The notes beneath the pieces were generated by a model. It saw nothing but the letters and a program-made list of their open reading frames with translations, had not been told where the DNA came from and did no database searches. A stretch of 64,000 nt of DNA from Porphyridium purpureum (lineage: Eukaryota), in the NCBI GenBank assembly GCA_008690995.1, contig VRMN01000011.1:186001-250000 (forward strand). The letters are read 5' to 3'. The stretch's first letter is position 1, and each line of letters starts with the position of its first letter. The position numbers were made by a program, and so were the translations under genes. Shown one piece after another: positions 36,247-47,369 of the stretch.

Positions 36247-37563
36247 TTATTCCCAGTCATCATCACTGTCAACTACCTTTTCCTCAGTTTCCGCCGGCAC
36301 CTGCATCGTATCTGCCGGGAAATTCGCCTTTCCGACTACATTGGGGTTTGGTTCAACGGGTTCGGTAATAGAAACCTTGGCAGGCGTACTTACGGGGGCT
36401 TGTGTTCTAGAACCGGCCTTGCCATCGTCATTGATCATGTCGGATGCCGTCCTATTCTCTTCAATCACATCTGATGTATTCGCAGAGTCCGCTTGCTTTG
36501 CGGAATCTGTTCGCGCAGGCAGACTGCCGTCACCGCCGTCACCGCAGCCACCAACTTGGTCTCCGGCTCCGTCCTCGTCTTCGTCATCACTCCAGCCAAT
36601 GTCCTCCTCATTGTCAGCCACATTTTCCGCCGCGGCTTGTAAGAGGGCAAGCCGTCGCTGCTCCCCTTTTTCAAGGTTGAGCTTAGCGTAAAAGTAGCGC
36701 ATCCAAAATAGCTCGTCGTCAACAATATCAGGTACCATGCTGTCGTGCATTTTCGCAATCGCCGGGTACTGTTCTAAAATTCGCATGGACTCCTCTGTTT
36801 GTGCATCGCCAAGCGCAAATCCATCTGCCCACTCCTGGAATTCCGGTGTGTCTTCAACTGGGTCCGCATACACGTCCGGCTTCCCGCGCAGCGCCTCAAT
36901 CTTTTGCTGAAAACGCGTTCGTGCGACCGCATTTTCGCCCGCATCGTGCGAAGCCGGCGCGCCACTTGCTGTCAATTGTGCACTGCTAGAGTGCGCCAAG
37001 GCGGTCGCCTTTTCGGCCTCCTCTCCCAATTGCTGTACTGCTGCGGACGCCTGCGTCTTCACTGAGTTCCAAAAGGTACCAATGTTATTCCATGCGCCCG
37101 CCACGTCTGGTACATGAATAACCGCGGATGCAGATTGTGTGCACTCTGCGCCTCCTCCCTCTACATCTTGAGAATGTCCACTACCCTCGGCCGAAGAACC
37201 ATTCTGATCAAGACCGGCAACTGCAGAGCCGCTGCGGTCGCTCTGACCTGCACCAGCGTCATTCGCGGCGTCGCCCCCTCCAGCGCGTATTTTCGTGAAG
37301 CGCTGGAAAAACTCGATTGGGGTGGTAGGCGCCTGCAAGCTCAAACCTGCCATCTGCACGTCCAGAGCTGGCGCTCGGCTGTACGCCGCATTGACCCAGC
37401 TGCTCAGATTCTCCGCGGCGCGCTCCAGCACCACATCCAGGTCCTCGTCATCCGCAGTCCCACGGTAGTCCGTCGCGCCGCCCCGCTCTCCATCCTCTTC
37501 TCCGTCGCCGCGCGCACCGTCCGACGGCGCTTCCGTCGCGTACTCGAACACATTCAGATCCAT
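36247..37563 (-). CDS. BSD domain-containing protein
   Basis: TRFQQKIEAL..DVYADP, EFQEW, ILEQYP.I..MH..MVP.IVDDELFWMRYFY, acidic WSDDEDE and C-terminal DDDWE. Confidence 0.9.
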   Translation of the reverse strand: MDLNVFEYATEAPSDGARGDGEEDGERGGATDYRGTADDEDLDVVLERAAENLSSWVNAAYSRAPALDVQMAGLSLQAPTTPIEFFQRFTKIRAGGGDAANDAGAGQSDRSGSAVAGLDQNGSSAEGSGHSQDVEGGGAECTQSASAVIHVPDVAGAWNNIGTFWNSVKTQASAAVQQLGEEAEKATALAHSSSAQLTASGAPASHDAGENAVARTRFQQKIEALRGKPDVYADPVEDTPEFQEWADGFALGDAQTEESMRILEQYPAIAKMHDSMVPDIVDDELFWMRYFYAKLNLEKGEQRRLALLQAAAENVADNEEDIGWSDDEDEDGAGDQVGGCGDGGDGSLPARTDSAKQADSANTSDVIEENRTASDMINDDGKAGSRTQAPVSTPAKVSITEPVEPNPNVVGKANFPADTMQVPAETEEKVVDSDDDWE

Positions 37564-38031
37564 ATCGGCCGCACTTCGCTGCGTCTCTCTCGCGCAGACA
37601 GCCGCGCACTCGCACATCGCGCGCACGTTTCAAGCACGCGCACGGTCCTGCCGAAGGTACACTTAAGCAGTACCCTCGTCATCAACAGTGTACAGTTAGA
37701 CGTTCTGCTCGATTTCGCGAGCGCGCGAGAAGCGGCGCGAAACGCGCGCGGAAACAGAAACGCAACGCTGGTCCTACACGCGGGGGCGCCAGTCCAAGCC
37801 GAAAGCGCGCGAGCGGACAGCGGCAGCGGCTGGGCGCCTGCTGCGACGCGGGTGAGGCGTGTACAGGAAGATGGTGGTGCGAGGTGTGGAAACGCACGGC
37901 GAGAGGAAGGGCGCGCGCACGAGACAGAGAGCATCGCGTGCAGACCCACTCCGGTTGGTTCTTCTTTTCGCGTTCGTGCTGTGATTGATTGCCATCCGCG
38001 CGCGCGTCTGGTCGACAGGGATAGATCGACG

Positions 38032-38970
38032 ATGGCAGCCGCGGGGTGGTACGAGGACTACTATGACCTGGAGCGGCTGGCGCTCGCGGAGCAGCCGGTC
38101 AAGGTGCAGTTTGAAGTGGCGGCCTCCAAGTTGGGATACCTTGACCCATCTGGCCTGGCGCATCTCACCTCTGAAAAGGGGAATACCGTTTTGTCCGAGG
38201 AAGAAGACAGTGACTTCGAGGATAGCGATGAGGCCGAATCCTCTGACAACGAAGACGCCTACCGGTCAGACCACTCGCTCGATGCACCGAATGACGCCGA
38301 CGGCAAGTCGCCAGTGTCGCGATCAAAGTTTCACATTCCCGGTGAGCCACGACCAAGCCAACGGCGTTCGAACACGCAGCAAAGAAGGAGGCGCGACGTG
38401 GAAAAGCATCATGCGCATATCCCAGACTTACCCAAGGGTGCATCCATTGAAGTGCCTTTCTGGATGGGTTCAACTTTGGCGCGCCGAGGCTTCGCGTCAG
38501 CGCAGACCCCCGCCATCTTTGGCGAGCGGGTGCGAAATGAACTTACTGCGGATCCGCGTGCGGGAAAGCTGGCGCCTTGGAACGGACACTTCTTCTTACT
38601 TGGACATGCAGTCGCGAGCTTGGAGGGCGACCGCATGCTGCAAGCCGTCCTCATCCAGGCCTACAGTGCGAGGAGTTGGAATCTTGTAGACGCAGCAAAT
38701 AACAATTTGTCTGGCGGAGGTGCCCACACGCACCTAGTCAAGACCATGGACTCGCTCGAGGCCACAGTATACCTCTGCTCGCTTCGCAACGCGCGCGCCT
38801 TTCAACAGTGGCAAGAGCGGTCCGCTCAGACGATCCGTATGAGCCGCCTTGCGGCTCGTGTCGCTGGCTCCAAACGCGTCCGAGCAGACAGGCTTCTTCA
38901 GCCTTTCGGATCCGTTGCAGCGAACGCCAATGCCTCTGCTCGTGCGCCGACAAAGCGCGCCGCACTCTAG
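38032..38970 (+). CDS. PSF3: GINS complex subunit Psf3 with a long acidic/basic insertion
   Basis: DYYDLE.L...EQPV.V.F...LGYLDP, LPKGASIEVPFWM..TL, P.IFG.RVRNEL.ADP, HFF.LG, MD.LE. Confidence 0.87.
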   Translation: MAAAGWYEDYYDLERLALAEQPVKVQFEVAASKLGYLDPSGLAHLTSEKGNTVLSEEEDSDFEDSDEAESSDNEDAYRSDHSLDAPNDADGKSPVSRSKFHIPGEPRPSQRRSNTQQRRRRDVEKHHAHIPDLPKGASIEVPFWMGSTLARRGFASAQTPAIFGERVRNELTADPRAGKLAPWNGHFFLLGHAVASLEGDRMLQAVLIQAYSARSWNLVDAANNNLSGGGAHTHLVKTMDSLEATVYLCSLRNARAFQQWQERSAQTIRMSRLAARVAGSKRVRADRLLQPFGSVAANANASARAPTKRAAL

Positions 38971-39582
38971 GACTTTGGCGCTTGCAGACAACCTCACCAC
39001 ACTGCATGGTTTTGAGTTCCTCACGTTTCAATATTTTGAAGCTGCTGTGCGAGATTTCGCTTGAAGATGACGCTTGGCGCGTCAGTGCGGCACGCACGAT
39101 GAAACTAGTGGAATTTCGCTGCCTAAAAGGAAAACTTTCTCCATGCTTTGTATTCCTTCGCATCGCCACTACTTCCCTTTAACGAGACAGAAACCGAAAA
39201 ATGACTGTCTTTAGAGCGATCCTCTCCCTTTCCCAGGTGTCGTCGTCAAGGACTAACTCGCACAATAGACATGTGCCTGCTCCCATTCGGGCCGAAGCTG
39301 GCAAGGACTGTAATTGTTGATCTGGAATGATTTTCGCACGCACGTCGACGAGCGGCAACCTTGCTGGTCCCAGACCCGCCCACATTGAGCGAATGCGTAT
39401 TTCCACCGAAAGCACCGAGGAATATATTCACTGTCTAATGGAAACAATACCTGCAGGCGAGCTAAATTTGGCGGCAGCACAAGCTTCTCGTTTGTTTCTG
39501 ACTTAGACATTTATAAATCACGCAGCGAGCGCACTCCCATCAGGCCCGCATAAAATTTCTGCAGTACTTTCCCAGAAAGGTG

Positions 39583-40914
39583 CTACCAGCGAGCGGCCAT
39601 AGCTTGCTCAAGAGCACTGATTATGTTCTGCATTCGATGATCATGTAGCTTGTACAAGCTTGGAACCACATTGAGCAACGCCCTAGCTGGCAGATCACAA
39701 AGGAAAAACATATCTTCGGAGCAAAAATGTCGCAGATAGAAAATTCGACCTCCAACATACAGTTCAATATGTTCTGTTTCCTCACTCAACGTTCTTTCCA
39801 GATTGGTGCGCAAAGCCGTGGTGCTCGCGCGCTCTTCTGCACCCAAAGAAGTCGTTCTTCTAACCGCCTCGAAATTATTGCCCATATACCTCTGCCAAAG
39901 CGCGAGCGCTAAGCCGGCCAAGGCCTCCCGCTGAACCGGCGAGAAATAGTTTGCAAGGGTTCCTGCAAAAGTATTCGCTGCATCATTCTCCCAGTTCACT
40001 TGGGCAAGTTCGTGTAAAACGCGCTCCAGGGAGGTCGCGCTTAGTCGAGGAACCACGTCGTAGCCCAGCACCAGAGTTGTTGTAAATGGTTTGAAGCAAT
40101 CAATTAAATTTTCGGACACACACGGAGCGGGTGCAATTGCCACACATGTAGTGCGTGCACGCGTGAAGATGTCCGCATTCCGCGCTTTTGTTCGTAACAG
40201 AATCGCCAGCAACATGGCCACAGCACCACCTAAAGAATGTCCCGTAATAACGAGCTCGTCTGCTTGACCTTGAGCAGACAGGATATGAACAAGCCTGTCC
40301 TCCCAGTGCTGCTGCAGAGCAAGCGCGGCCTTCAGAAATCCTTTATGTACTTGTCCGCCCAATAGCGGAGCAGTAGCGAACGTTAGGTCTGCACAAAAGT
40401 CCCGCCACTCTTTGGACCCACGGATCGACATGACGCATCGTCTAGCCGACACTTCAACCACGACGAAGTGCGCAGGCATCAAGCCCCGGCACGTCGCTTG
40501 GTATGCCTGCACTTCCAGCTCTTCCGCAGCGTTGCATGCATGGACGGCGTTTTCCACACTCTCGACCAACTTGTACGCCGCATCCGCAAAATATGCGTAT
40601 CTTGCCACGCGCGCAAGCGTTTCGGCGTCATTTTCGAGAATGCGAAGGTGATGTTCAATCCAACTGATTTCGTTCCGGCGTTCTGCGTTTTCAGTTGCAT
40701 CGATCAAAGTGCGCAGCTCCGCTCCGCGTGTCTGCTCTCTTTCATCGTGACGTAAGGCTGTAAAATACAGCGCTCCAGACAAATGCGATACGCTCAACTC
40801 GTGTTCAGACCTCAAATTCAGCGCTTGGGCTGTCGTCATGAGCAAGTGCGCCAGCTCCACGTGTCCTGTCCAACCAGCTTCGCTCTCTGCACTTGGCTCA
40901 CCGTGCGTGTCCAT
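39583..40914 (-). CDS. Class 3 lipase (Lipase_3, DAG-lipase-like)
   Basis: PAHFVV..MSIRGS..D..ADL, VHKGFL.AA, ITGHSLGGAVA, DVVPRLS, C-terminal DH. Confidence 0.92.
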   Translation of the reverse strand: MDTHGEPSAESEAGWTGHVELAHLLMTTAQALNLRSEHELSVSHLSGALYFTALRHDEREQTRGAELRTLIDATENAERRNEISWIEHHLRILENDAETLARVARYAYFADAAYKLVESVENAVHACNAAEELEVQAYQATCRGLMPAHFVVVEVSARRCVMSIRGSKEWRDFCADLTFATAPLLGGQVHKGFLKAALALQQHWEDRLVHILSAQGQADELVITGHSLGGAVAMLLAILLRTKARNADIFTRARTTCVAIAPAPCVSENLIDCFKPFTTTLVLGYDVVPRLSATSLERVLHELAQVNWENDAANTFAGTLANYFSPVQREALAGLALALWQRYMGNNFEAVRRTTSLGAEERASTTALRTNLERTLSEETEHIELYVGGRIFYLRHFCSEDMFFLCDLPARALLNVVPSLYKLHDHRMQNIISALEQAMAARW

Positions 40915-41553
40915 GGCCACAGCGAAGACGTAGACAACTTCTGACCTGGTTCATGAAGCGCATCGTCTCCTTCCCTCCGTTGAGAGAGGCACCCGCCCCT
41001 CTTTATAGCACGCGCACGCACCAAGACACGTCACAGGGCGCTCGCGATTCCGACCGAAAGACCTGCAAAGCGCCAGCCAAGTTTGCGGTACAGCGTGTAC
41101 AGTTTCCAGTTAATTTACCGTGAAGCGCGTCGCTCGAGTCTCTCTCTCCCTGTCTCCTGCTGTATCATCCAGCTTTGCCGCGGCAGACGTTCCTAGTGTG
41201 GTCGAAGACTGCAAGTGTGCGCACACGGCCGCACCACTCACTTTCCTCGGCGCGACGCGAGTGCCGCCTTTCCAGGTCCCACGCACACGCCAACACGCAG
41301 GCAGCGGGCGAGAGCGGCTCGAGTCCGGACTTGCACTGTACCGCCGTGGCCCGTGTGAAAGTCGCTGGGTGTACAGCCGATTCCGACACGGGGTGTTCGG
41401 TTGCTCAGCGTGCAAGACGCCCTGCACGCGCGCGTTTCGTATGAAAGCGATTCACTTTACTAGGAAAACACGAATAGGTGGGGTGGGGAGCGGCTCATGC
41501 TCGCGCGGGAAGGCGCGCGGACAGCGAAGACATGACCGCGCGGCGGCAATGAG

Positions 41554-44274
41554 ATGAATGCCGACGCGGTCGCGGGGTCTGGCGGTCCGGGCGGCGGAAA
41601 GGGGCGGACAGGCGGCAGTGACGGCAACGCCGGGGACGAGGTGCAGCCGGCTGAGCGCGCCAAGGCGCAACAGCACATCATGGCCAAGCTGTCTGCCACG
41701 TTTCCACACCTCTCGCATGATTCGCTGCGCGAATACACAATCATGTTCGAGGGAAAAGCGTTCGAGGGGTCCAGCTCTCGCCTCGATTACCTCCATCGTA
41801 TTGCAGAGGGACTTTCGTCCACGATGCGCCGAAAACAGCAACAAGAGGAGCAGCAGCAACAGGTCGAGCAGCAGCAGCAGCAGCAATGGCAACAGCAAAA
41901 CCCTCAACAGCAACCACTACGGCAACAGCAGCAGCAACCTCAGCAGATTCAGCCTCAACAACAACAGCAGCCTCTAGACCCACAAAAGCAGCAGGGTTGG
42001 CAGCATCAAGAACCTCGTCCTCTGCGGCAGACACAACAAGGGTCCCCTCGTTCCTCGTCGGCAGAACAAGCGGTCGCTGGCTCTGAAAATACAGCGAACT
42101 TGGAACAAAGGCCTTCTGACGCTTCCGACGCATCGCTGCCACTTTTTAAAGACCCGAGCATCTGGAATGAAACTGTAGCAGGACACGCGCATGTAGCGCC
42201 CCTGCATCATGTAGAACGTAAGGAGAATCAGCAGCAAGGACAGCCATTTCATCAAATATCCAAGATTTCGATGAACACAACCAATGAGGACGTGGGCAGG
42301 GTCGCACATGGAATGATTCCGGCAGAGCAAACGGAAATAGCACAGATGCGGGCTCTGGCAAGTGCTGTTGCGGATGCTATGAATGCCAAGTCTGCTCCGT
42401 TCCTGACCTCTCGCGGATCAAATGAAGTTGAATCCGTGGGCGGTGCGGCGCAAGATCATGTTTTTGAAATCCAACAGCAACCACAACCAAAGGCGGTGCC
42501 CAATCGGTCATTCAATCTGAGAAAGCGGACGCCGCAGCATGTCAAAGACGCCATATCTAGAAGACAAATTCAAGTTCAAGCCCGTGGTGGGTCGACAGGT
42601 GCAGCCGCCCCACAGCGCTTTCAAAACGGATTGCACGAGCAAGCGTTCGCCACGTATTCCAGCACAGCGAATGACAGCGCAGCCGTATCTTCAAAACACA
42701 CTTTTAGAGCTTCAGCACGAAATGGAAGCTTGATGGATAGCGACGTAGGTGCTGCTGCTCGCTCTCTAGGTGGAGATCTTGATAATGCACCAGATGCTCG
42801 GCGGGAGCGCGAGCAAAATCATTGGGCAAAATTGCGCAGCATGCACGAAAAGTACTACGAGCCTCTTGCGAAGCTGCAGCCGCTGCTGAAGTCGTTTCAC
42901 GATCGCTACGGCGCTCAGAAGTCGCAGCATCTTCAGAGTTGCTTGCGGGACTGTTTTCAGATATTGGAGCTTCAAAAACTAGATTCCTTGCCGCCCACGC
43001 TCACTGACGCAATGCTTGATCGCGCAAGTTTTTTCATGGAACAGCTTGCCGGTGTTTATTCCAGTGTGGTTGCATCGAACGAAGAATCAACGAATGTTGC
43101 AGGACAGGGTTTGGGCGATACGCATGATGAAGGTTTGACAAAGTCGCCAGATAGCGTCACGAACATGGGTGTCAACCACGCCCGGACTGGGCAAGCCCAA
43201 ACTTCGTCACTGGCCGTCCAAAGCGAGGACATTCTTCCGGCGCAAAGTGTCGCAGGGCCTGGTACGCCTCTGATATCTGGGTCAAATTCTGACAGCAGCT
43301 GGGGTTTGAATTCTCATGATCGAAAGTCTGCGCAAGTGCGACTCAAACAACCACCTATCTCACTCCCCGATCCGGCGTCGGGCATGGCTGGCATGTCTGC
43401 GACTCCATTGCAAGTGCAGGCGAACCGACCGATTGAAAATGTCCCGTCTCAGGAGTCTGAAGAGCCTTTCTCATTCGCTGCACTTTTTCAGAGAATGGTT
43501 TATGACGAAAGCGCAGCAAAGTCGCTCACGGACAATTTACTTGCGAGAATGGATGTGGAACTGCGGCGCATCTTCACGGAGCGCGTCGACGAAGCCTGCT
43601 CAGTGCTGCGTCGAAATGACCGTCCCTTGAATCGGGGCGATTTGGAGCTGATTGACTATTCGACGATAGCCGAGCAATCTACACGTGCGGGTGAGGGAGC
43701 AGCGTACGGAAGGGGGATGGCGAGAGCAAGTGCTCGGCAAATGCCATTTACGGTCAAGGCAGACGTGATGTTTAAATGCAGTGTGACAAGGGGCACGCAG
43801 CTTTTCTCGCCTGGAAATGCGCGAGGGCATATCCAGGGTGACATGCGTTCTCGATTGCAGGTGATCCTGGACGAGGCCCGTGCAGCCTTGGGAAATTCGA
43901 AGGAGGAGTTCGCGAGTTGGCAGCTCCAGATGGGCCATTTGTGCGACCTCCTGGCGTTGAAAGTGTCTTCTCGAAGTCACGTACTATTCCGCGTGCCGTC
44001 TATCATTTTTGTTTTCCCTCCGCGATATCGCGTCGAGTCCGTGCTGCACTGTCTGCTTGAAACGCCAGAATTTGGCTTTAGTGAGCTGCACTCTGAGCTG
44101 CTAACTCAATTTGCCGAGCGTGAGCGTTTGCTTCCGTCCGACGTGCAGCGCTCACTCGGGGCTACGCTACATCTTTGGGTTGGTTTGGTGAACGACTTCC
44201 ACCGCAGGCTCGAAAGAGAGTTTGCGCTGGATCTAGAAGCCTGCCTGCGTAATTCTCGCGACGCGCAGTCCTAG
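41554..44274 (+). CDS. Mediator subunit MED15-like protein (N-terminal KIX-like domain, poly-Gln)
   Basis: R...QQHIMAKL..FEGKAF..S.SRLDYLHRI followed by a Gln-rich tract; middle KLRSMHEKYY.PL helix; C-terminal VP...FPPRY. Confidence 0.65.
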   Translation: MNADAVAGSGGPGGGKGRTGGSDGNAGDEVQPAERAKAQQHIMAKLSATFPHLSHDSLREYTIMFEGKAFEGSSSRLDYLHRIAEGLSSTMRRKQQQEEQQQQVEQQQQQQWQQQNPQQQPLRQQQQQPQQIQPQQQQQPLDPQKQQGWQHQEPRPLRQTQQGSPRSSSAEQAVAGSENTANLEQRPSDASDASLPLFKDPSIWNETVAGHAHVAPLHHVERKENQQQGQPFHQISKISMNTTNEDVGRVAHGMIPAEQTEIAQMRALASAVADAMNAKSAPFLTSRGSNEVESVGGAAQDHVFEIQQQPQPKAVPNRSFNLRKRTPQHVKDAISRRQIQVQARGGSTGAAAPQRFQNGLHEQAFATYSSTANDSAAVSSKHTFRASARNGSLMDSDVGAAARSLGGDLDNAPDARREREQNHWAKLRSMHEKYYEPLAKLQPLLKSFHDRYGAQKSQHLQSCLRDCFQILELQKLDSLPPTLTDAMLDRASFFMEQLAGVYSSVVASNEESTNVAGQGLGDTHDEGLTKSPDSVTNMGVNHARTGQAQTSSLAVQSEDILPAQSVAGPGTPLISGSNSDSSWGLNSHDRKSAQVRLKQPPISLPDPASGMAGMSATPLQVQANRPIENVPSQESEEPFSFAALFQRMVYDESAAKSLTDNLLARMDVELRRIFTERVDEACSVLRRNDRPLNRGDLELIDYSTIAEQSTRAGEGAAYGRGMARASARQMPFTVKADVMFKCSVTRGTQLFSPGNARGHIQGDMRSRLQVILDEARAALGNSKEEFASWQLQMGHLCDLLALKVSSRSHVLFRVPSIIFVFPPRYRVESVLHCLLETPEFGFSELHSELLTQFAERERLLPSDVQRSLGATLHLWVGLVNDFHRRLEREFALDLEACLRNSRDAQS
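41836..41970 (+). repeat. CAG/CAA-rich coding tract (poly-Gln)
   Basis: Read directly. Confidence 0.9.
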
Positions 44275-44367
44275 GTGAGAGACTTTGCGACATCCATCAC
44301 CTTTTGCTGATCCGGGCATGACTAATTTCTTGTTTCCATGTTCCTTGCCCACTTGAGCCATGTTTCG

Positions 44368-45957
44368 TCAGGATATGTGTCGAAAGCCGGAGCCGAGGAT
44401 CAAGTGGCGCGTGCTCTTTTCTACGCGTCGATACGATCGGACGTGTTGAAGTGCGAGCATGAGAGTTCCGGCACCGGCACTGACAATGAAAATTGAATCG
44501 AACCAGCGCTTGAAGAAGGAAAACTTGACGTCCCCCAGCGCGTCCGCAATGACCAGTCTGTACCCGCGAGGTAAGACGTTTCGTATGAGCACAATTGAGG
44601 AAATAGCGTAGAGTCCGATAAGCTCAGACAACATGATAGCGCTCGGGTATGCCAGTGAACTGTTGGACAATGACACGAAGAGAAAAAGACGCAGAACGCG
44701 AGTAAGGGCACCGCGTACGTTCACGACAATGAGAAAAAATGTAAATATGAAGCTGGCATACTGCGCCAGCACGATAGCGTTGATTTCCAGGCCCACAACT
44801 CGCGACGCCGTATGCAGGCCTTGACTGAGGTTGTCGGTTAAGTTGCCGTTCCTGCGATGAAACTCAACAAACACATTTGCAATGGCCCCGCCCACTCGCA
44901 CAATACATGCTACAAGCATCACCCAGCCAAATGCGGCCAACAGGCGACCCGAAAAGGATCGGCTCCTTAAATGCCGACTCCACAGTTCCAGCGCCTCGTT
45001 ATAATTCTCGAACAAATGGTTCACTTCATCGACCGCAAACTCCAGCTCTTCACGGCTTGGCTTCACTGAAAAAGAGCGCGTCATGGTTCGCGCTGAAGAT
45101 TGTCGTTCAAAGAGAGGGTCAGGCACTGGCACGTGTTCTGCATTTTCTGCAAGCGCGGTGTGACCCCTGTCTCGTACCGACAGATTAGCACTTCCTAAGA
45201 CCTCAGCCGAGAACGCAGGATGAGCTTCGTCATTGGAAACTGCGGACGGGCTCACTCCGTTGCCGGTGTTTAACTTTTGATCGGCCAGCTTCATGCGGTA
45301 CACGCGTTGCACTGCGTCCGACAGGCGCAGCTCCATAGCCTCGACCTGGGCGGCCGACACTCTACGCAAGAAAAAGCTGATGTGGTCGAATGGGATGTTC
45401 ACGGCAGCAAACCCGGAGATTGTCGCCAGCAGCGTCGTGCCGATGATCAAAACTCGGCTGAGTACGTGCTCGTACGTGAAAAACTGGAGCAACGCTTGCA
45501 ACGCAGACAACGTGCGTGCATGCGGATCCACAAAAAATGGGTCACCAATCTTGTACAACATGTATAGCAGCAGAAGCTGAGCAAGCAGTGTCGCGAGAGC
45601 CGCGCGCCACTTGGTCAACCTGTAGTTGGCTAGCATCGTAAACCAGAACGCCGACGGCTGCATGAGTATGAGCAACACGAGCAGAACGTTCAAATTGATC
45701 TGCCATATCAGCTTGCGCGAAGAAGCGTGAAGAAAGCCCACGATTTCAGACAACAGCAGCAAGTACAGCGCAAACGAGGCTGCGAATGTCACCGCGAACA
45801 GGCGCGATGTCGCTGCACCGTGTTGGCTCGGGTCGGTCGCGTAGCCGCTCAAAAAGCGTTCATAGAAGTATCTGCCGGCCCGGAACAGCAGCATGTACAT
45901 GCCCACCGTCAAAACCGCGTCCAGGACGGCAGCAAGTCCATCGTCGCCGCCATGCAT
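44368..45957 (-). CDS. GPR89: Golgi pH regulator / GPR89 (GTG-type) membrane protein
   Basis: LFAVTFA.S..L..LLL.EI, KIGDPF, SRV.IIG.TL.A..SGF.AVN.P, YR.VI...LG...F.F..RWFD.IF.VSA. Confidence 0.92.
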   Translation of the reverse strand: MHGGDDGLAAVLDAVLTVGMYMLLFRAGRYFYERFLSGYATDPSQHGAATSRLFAVTFAASFALYLLLLSEIVGFLHASSRKLIWQINLNVLLVLLILMQPSAFWFTMLANYRLTKWRAALATLLAQLLLLYMLYKIGDPFFVDPHARTLSALQALLQFFTYEHVLSRVLIIGTTLLATISGFAAVNIPFDHISFFLRRVSAAQVEAMELRLSDAVQRVYRMKLADQKLNTGNGVSPSAVSNDEAHPAFSAEVLGSANLSVRDRGHTALAENAEHVPVPDPLFERQSSARTMTRSFSVKPSREELEFAVDEVNHLFENYNEALELWSRHLRSRSFSGRLLAAFGWVMLVACIVRVGGAIANVFVEFHRRNGNLTDNLSQGLHTASRVVGLEINAIVLAQYASFIFTFFLIVVNVRGALTRVLRLFLFVSLSNSSLAYPSAIMLSELIGLYAISSIVLIRNVLPRGYRLVIADALGDVKFSFFKRWFDSIFIVSAGAGTLMLALQHVRSYRRVEKSTRHLILGSGFRHIS

Positions 45958-46421
45958 CACGGCAGCGACCTTTGTTCTGATCGTCCTGCGCTGGCGCACG
46001 TCGACTTGCACAGCGCGGTTTCCGGTTTAAGCGGTCCATTCACACAAAGTCAATTTGAACCGAACTGTCCCGGTCTACATTCCACGAGCAAGAAGACGTT
46101 GCGTCGGTCGGGCTGGCGCGCGCCGTCGCGTGCTGTCGCAGAGTTGCCCACCGTCTCGCTGGACATCCACGAAGAACAGCACGCTAGCATACGCGCGTCA
46201 TGGTGGCGCGCAGGCTTGCCGAGCTTTCTTTTCCTCGGATAAGTGGTCATTGGTGTGCTGGGGCACGATCAACCCGTGCAACGCGCGCGGCACAAGTCTC
46301 GGATCACGAAGGCGGTTGGAGGGGGGCCGCGTGTCCGCCTAACAGTCAAGTGCGGCGTCTGGGTATCAGTCGGCCTACGCACCAGGAAACACAGCATCTG
46401 GTACGACAGCGAGGCGGAGAA

Positions 46422-47369
46422 ATGGGATCGCTAGGGGCCGGGCTGTCGACCGAGCAGCGGTACCTGTTTGACGTGCGTGGATACGTGATATTAAGGCACG
46501 TTCTGTCCCCCGAGGAATGCAAGGAACTGCATGATGCCATTGACGCAAACGCAGACGCATTTCACGAGAGAACAGGGAATTTGATGAACTCGACGCAGCC
46601 GCCGTTCGTGACTGACTCGCTGAAGGGTCGTCTAGACTGCGGTACTATGCTGCATTGGTCCAAGCCTTACTGTGATGTCTTCAGGAGGCTGTTGACGCAT
46701 CCTAACGTGGTTCCTGCACTCGTGGACGTGTGCGGACCAGGTTTTCGCCTCGACCATCTTCCCCTATGTGTGCAGCAAAGACGTGGCGTGGAGGGATTTG
46801 ATCTGCACGGCGGAAACCTCGACGCAAGCGGGAACTACAACGAACACCTGGCGTACACGTTTAAGTACGGTCAAATGAAATGCCGTCTCGTTAATTGCAC
46901 GTTTCAGCTGACTCGCGTCGACGCGGGGGACGGTGGATTTGCAATCATTCCCGGCAGCCACAAGGCGAATTACCCCCTTCCTCCGGGCATTGCGAATGGG
47001 TCATTCACAAACGGCGGCGAGCCGTTGTTGGAGCAGCCCGTAGTAGAGCAGGGTGATGTGATATTATTCAGTGAAGGCACTTCACACGGTGCGCTGCCGT
47101 GGCGCGGTGCCGCGGATGTGCGCCGCGTCGTCTTTTACCGCTATGCGCCAGGCGGCGTTGCGTACGGGCGAGGCTACCTGGACCGTTTTTTGGACGAGGC
47201 CTTCCTCTCGGAGCTGACACCGCAGCAGCGCGCCGTGCTGGCACCGCCATATCACTCCCGCCTAGAGCGCCCTCTGCTTGGCAAGGACGCACAGACTCTG
47301 ACCGAGGTTCCGCGACCGGCGCACAAAAAGGCATTCGACGAGAAGCTTTTCGGCTATCCATATTTTTAG
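46422..47369 (+). CDS. Phytanoyl-CoA dioxygenase (PhyH)-family Fe(II)/2-oxoglutarate oxygenase
   Basis: EQRYLFDVRGY..LRHVLS.EE, LHGG, GDGGFAIIPGSHKAN, GDVILFSE..SHG.LPW, RR..FYRY. Confidence 0.88.
   Translation: MGSLGAGLSTEQRYLFDVRGYVILRHVLSPEECKELHDAIDANADAFHERTGNLMNSTQPPFVTDSLKGRLDCGTMLHWSKPYCDVFRRLLTHPNVVPALVDVCGPGFRLDHLPLCVQQRRGVEGFDLHGGNLDASGNYNEHLAYTFKYGQMKCRLVNCTFQLTRVDAGDGGFAIIPGSHKANYPLPPGIANGSFTNGGEPLLEQPVVEQGDVILFSEGTSHGALPWRGAADVRRVVFYRYAPGGVAYGRGYLDRFLDEAFLSELTPQQRAVLAPPYHSRLERPLLGKDAQTLTEVPRPAHKKAFDEKLFGYPYF

Noticed and set aside
37114..38031. Long N-terminal extensions in the ORF track for PSF3 (from 37114) and CWC15 (from 61335)
   Set aside because: They begin at non-ATG or upstream codons and overlap the divergent neighbour; family homology starts at 38032 and 60714.
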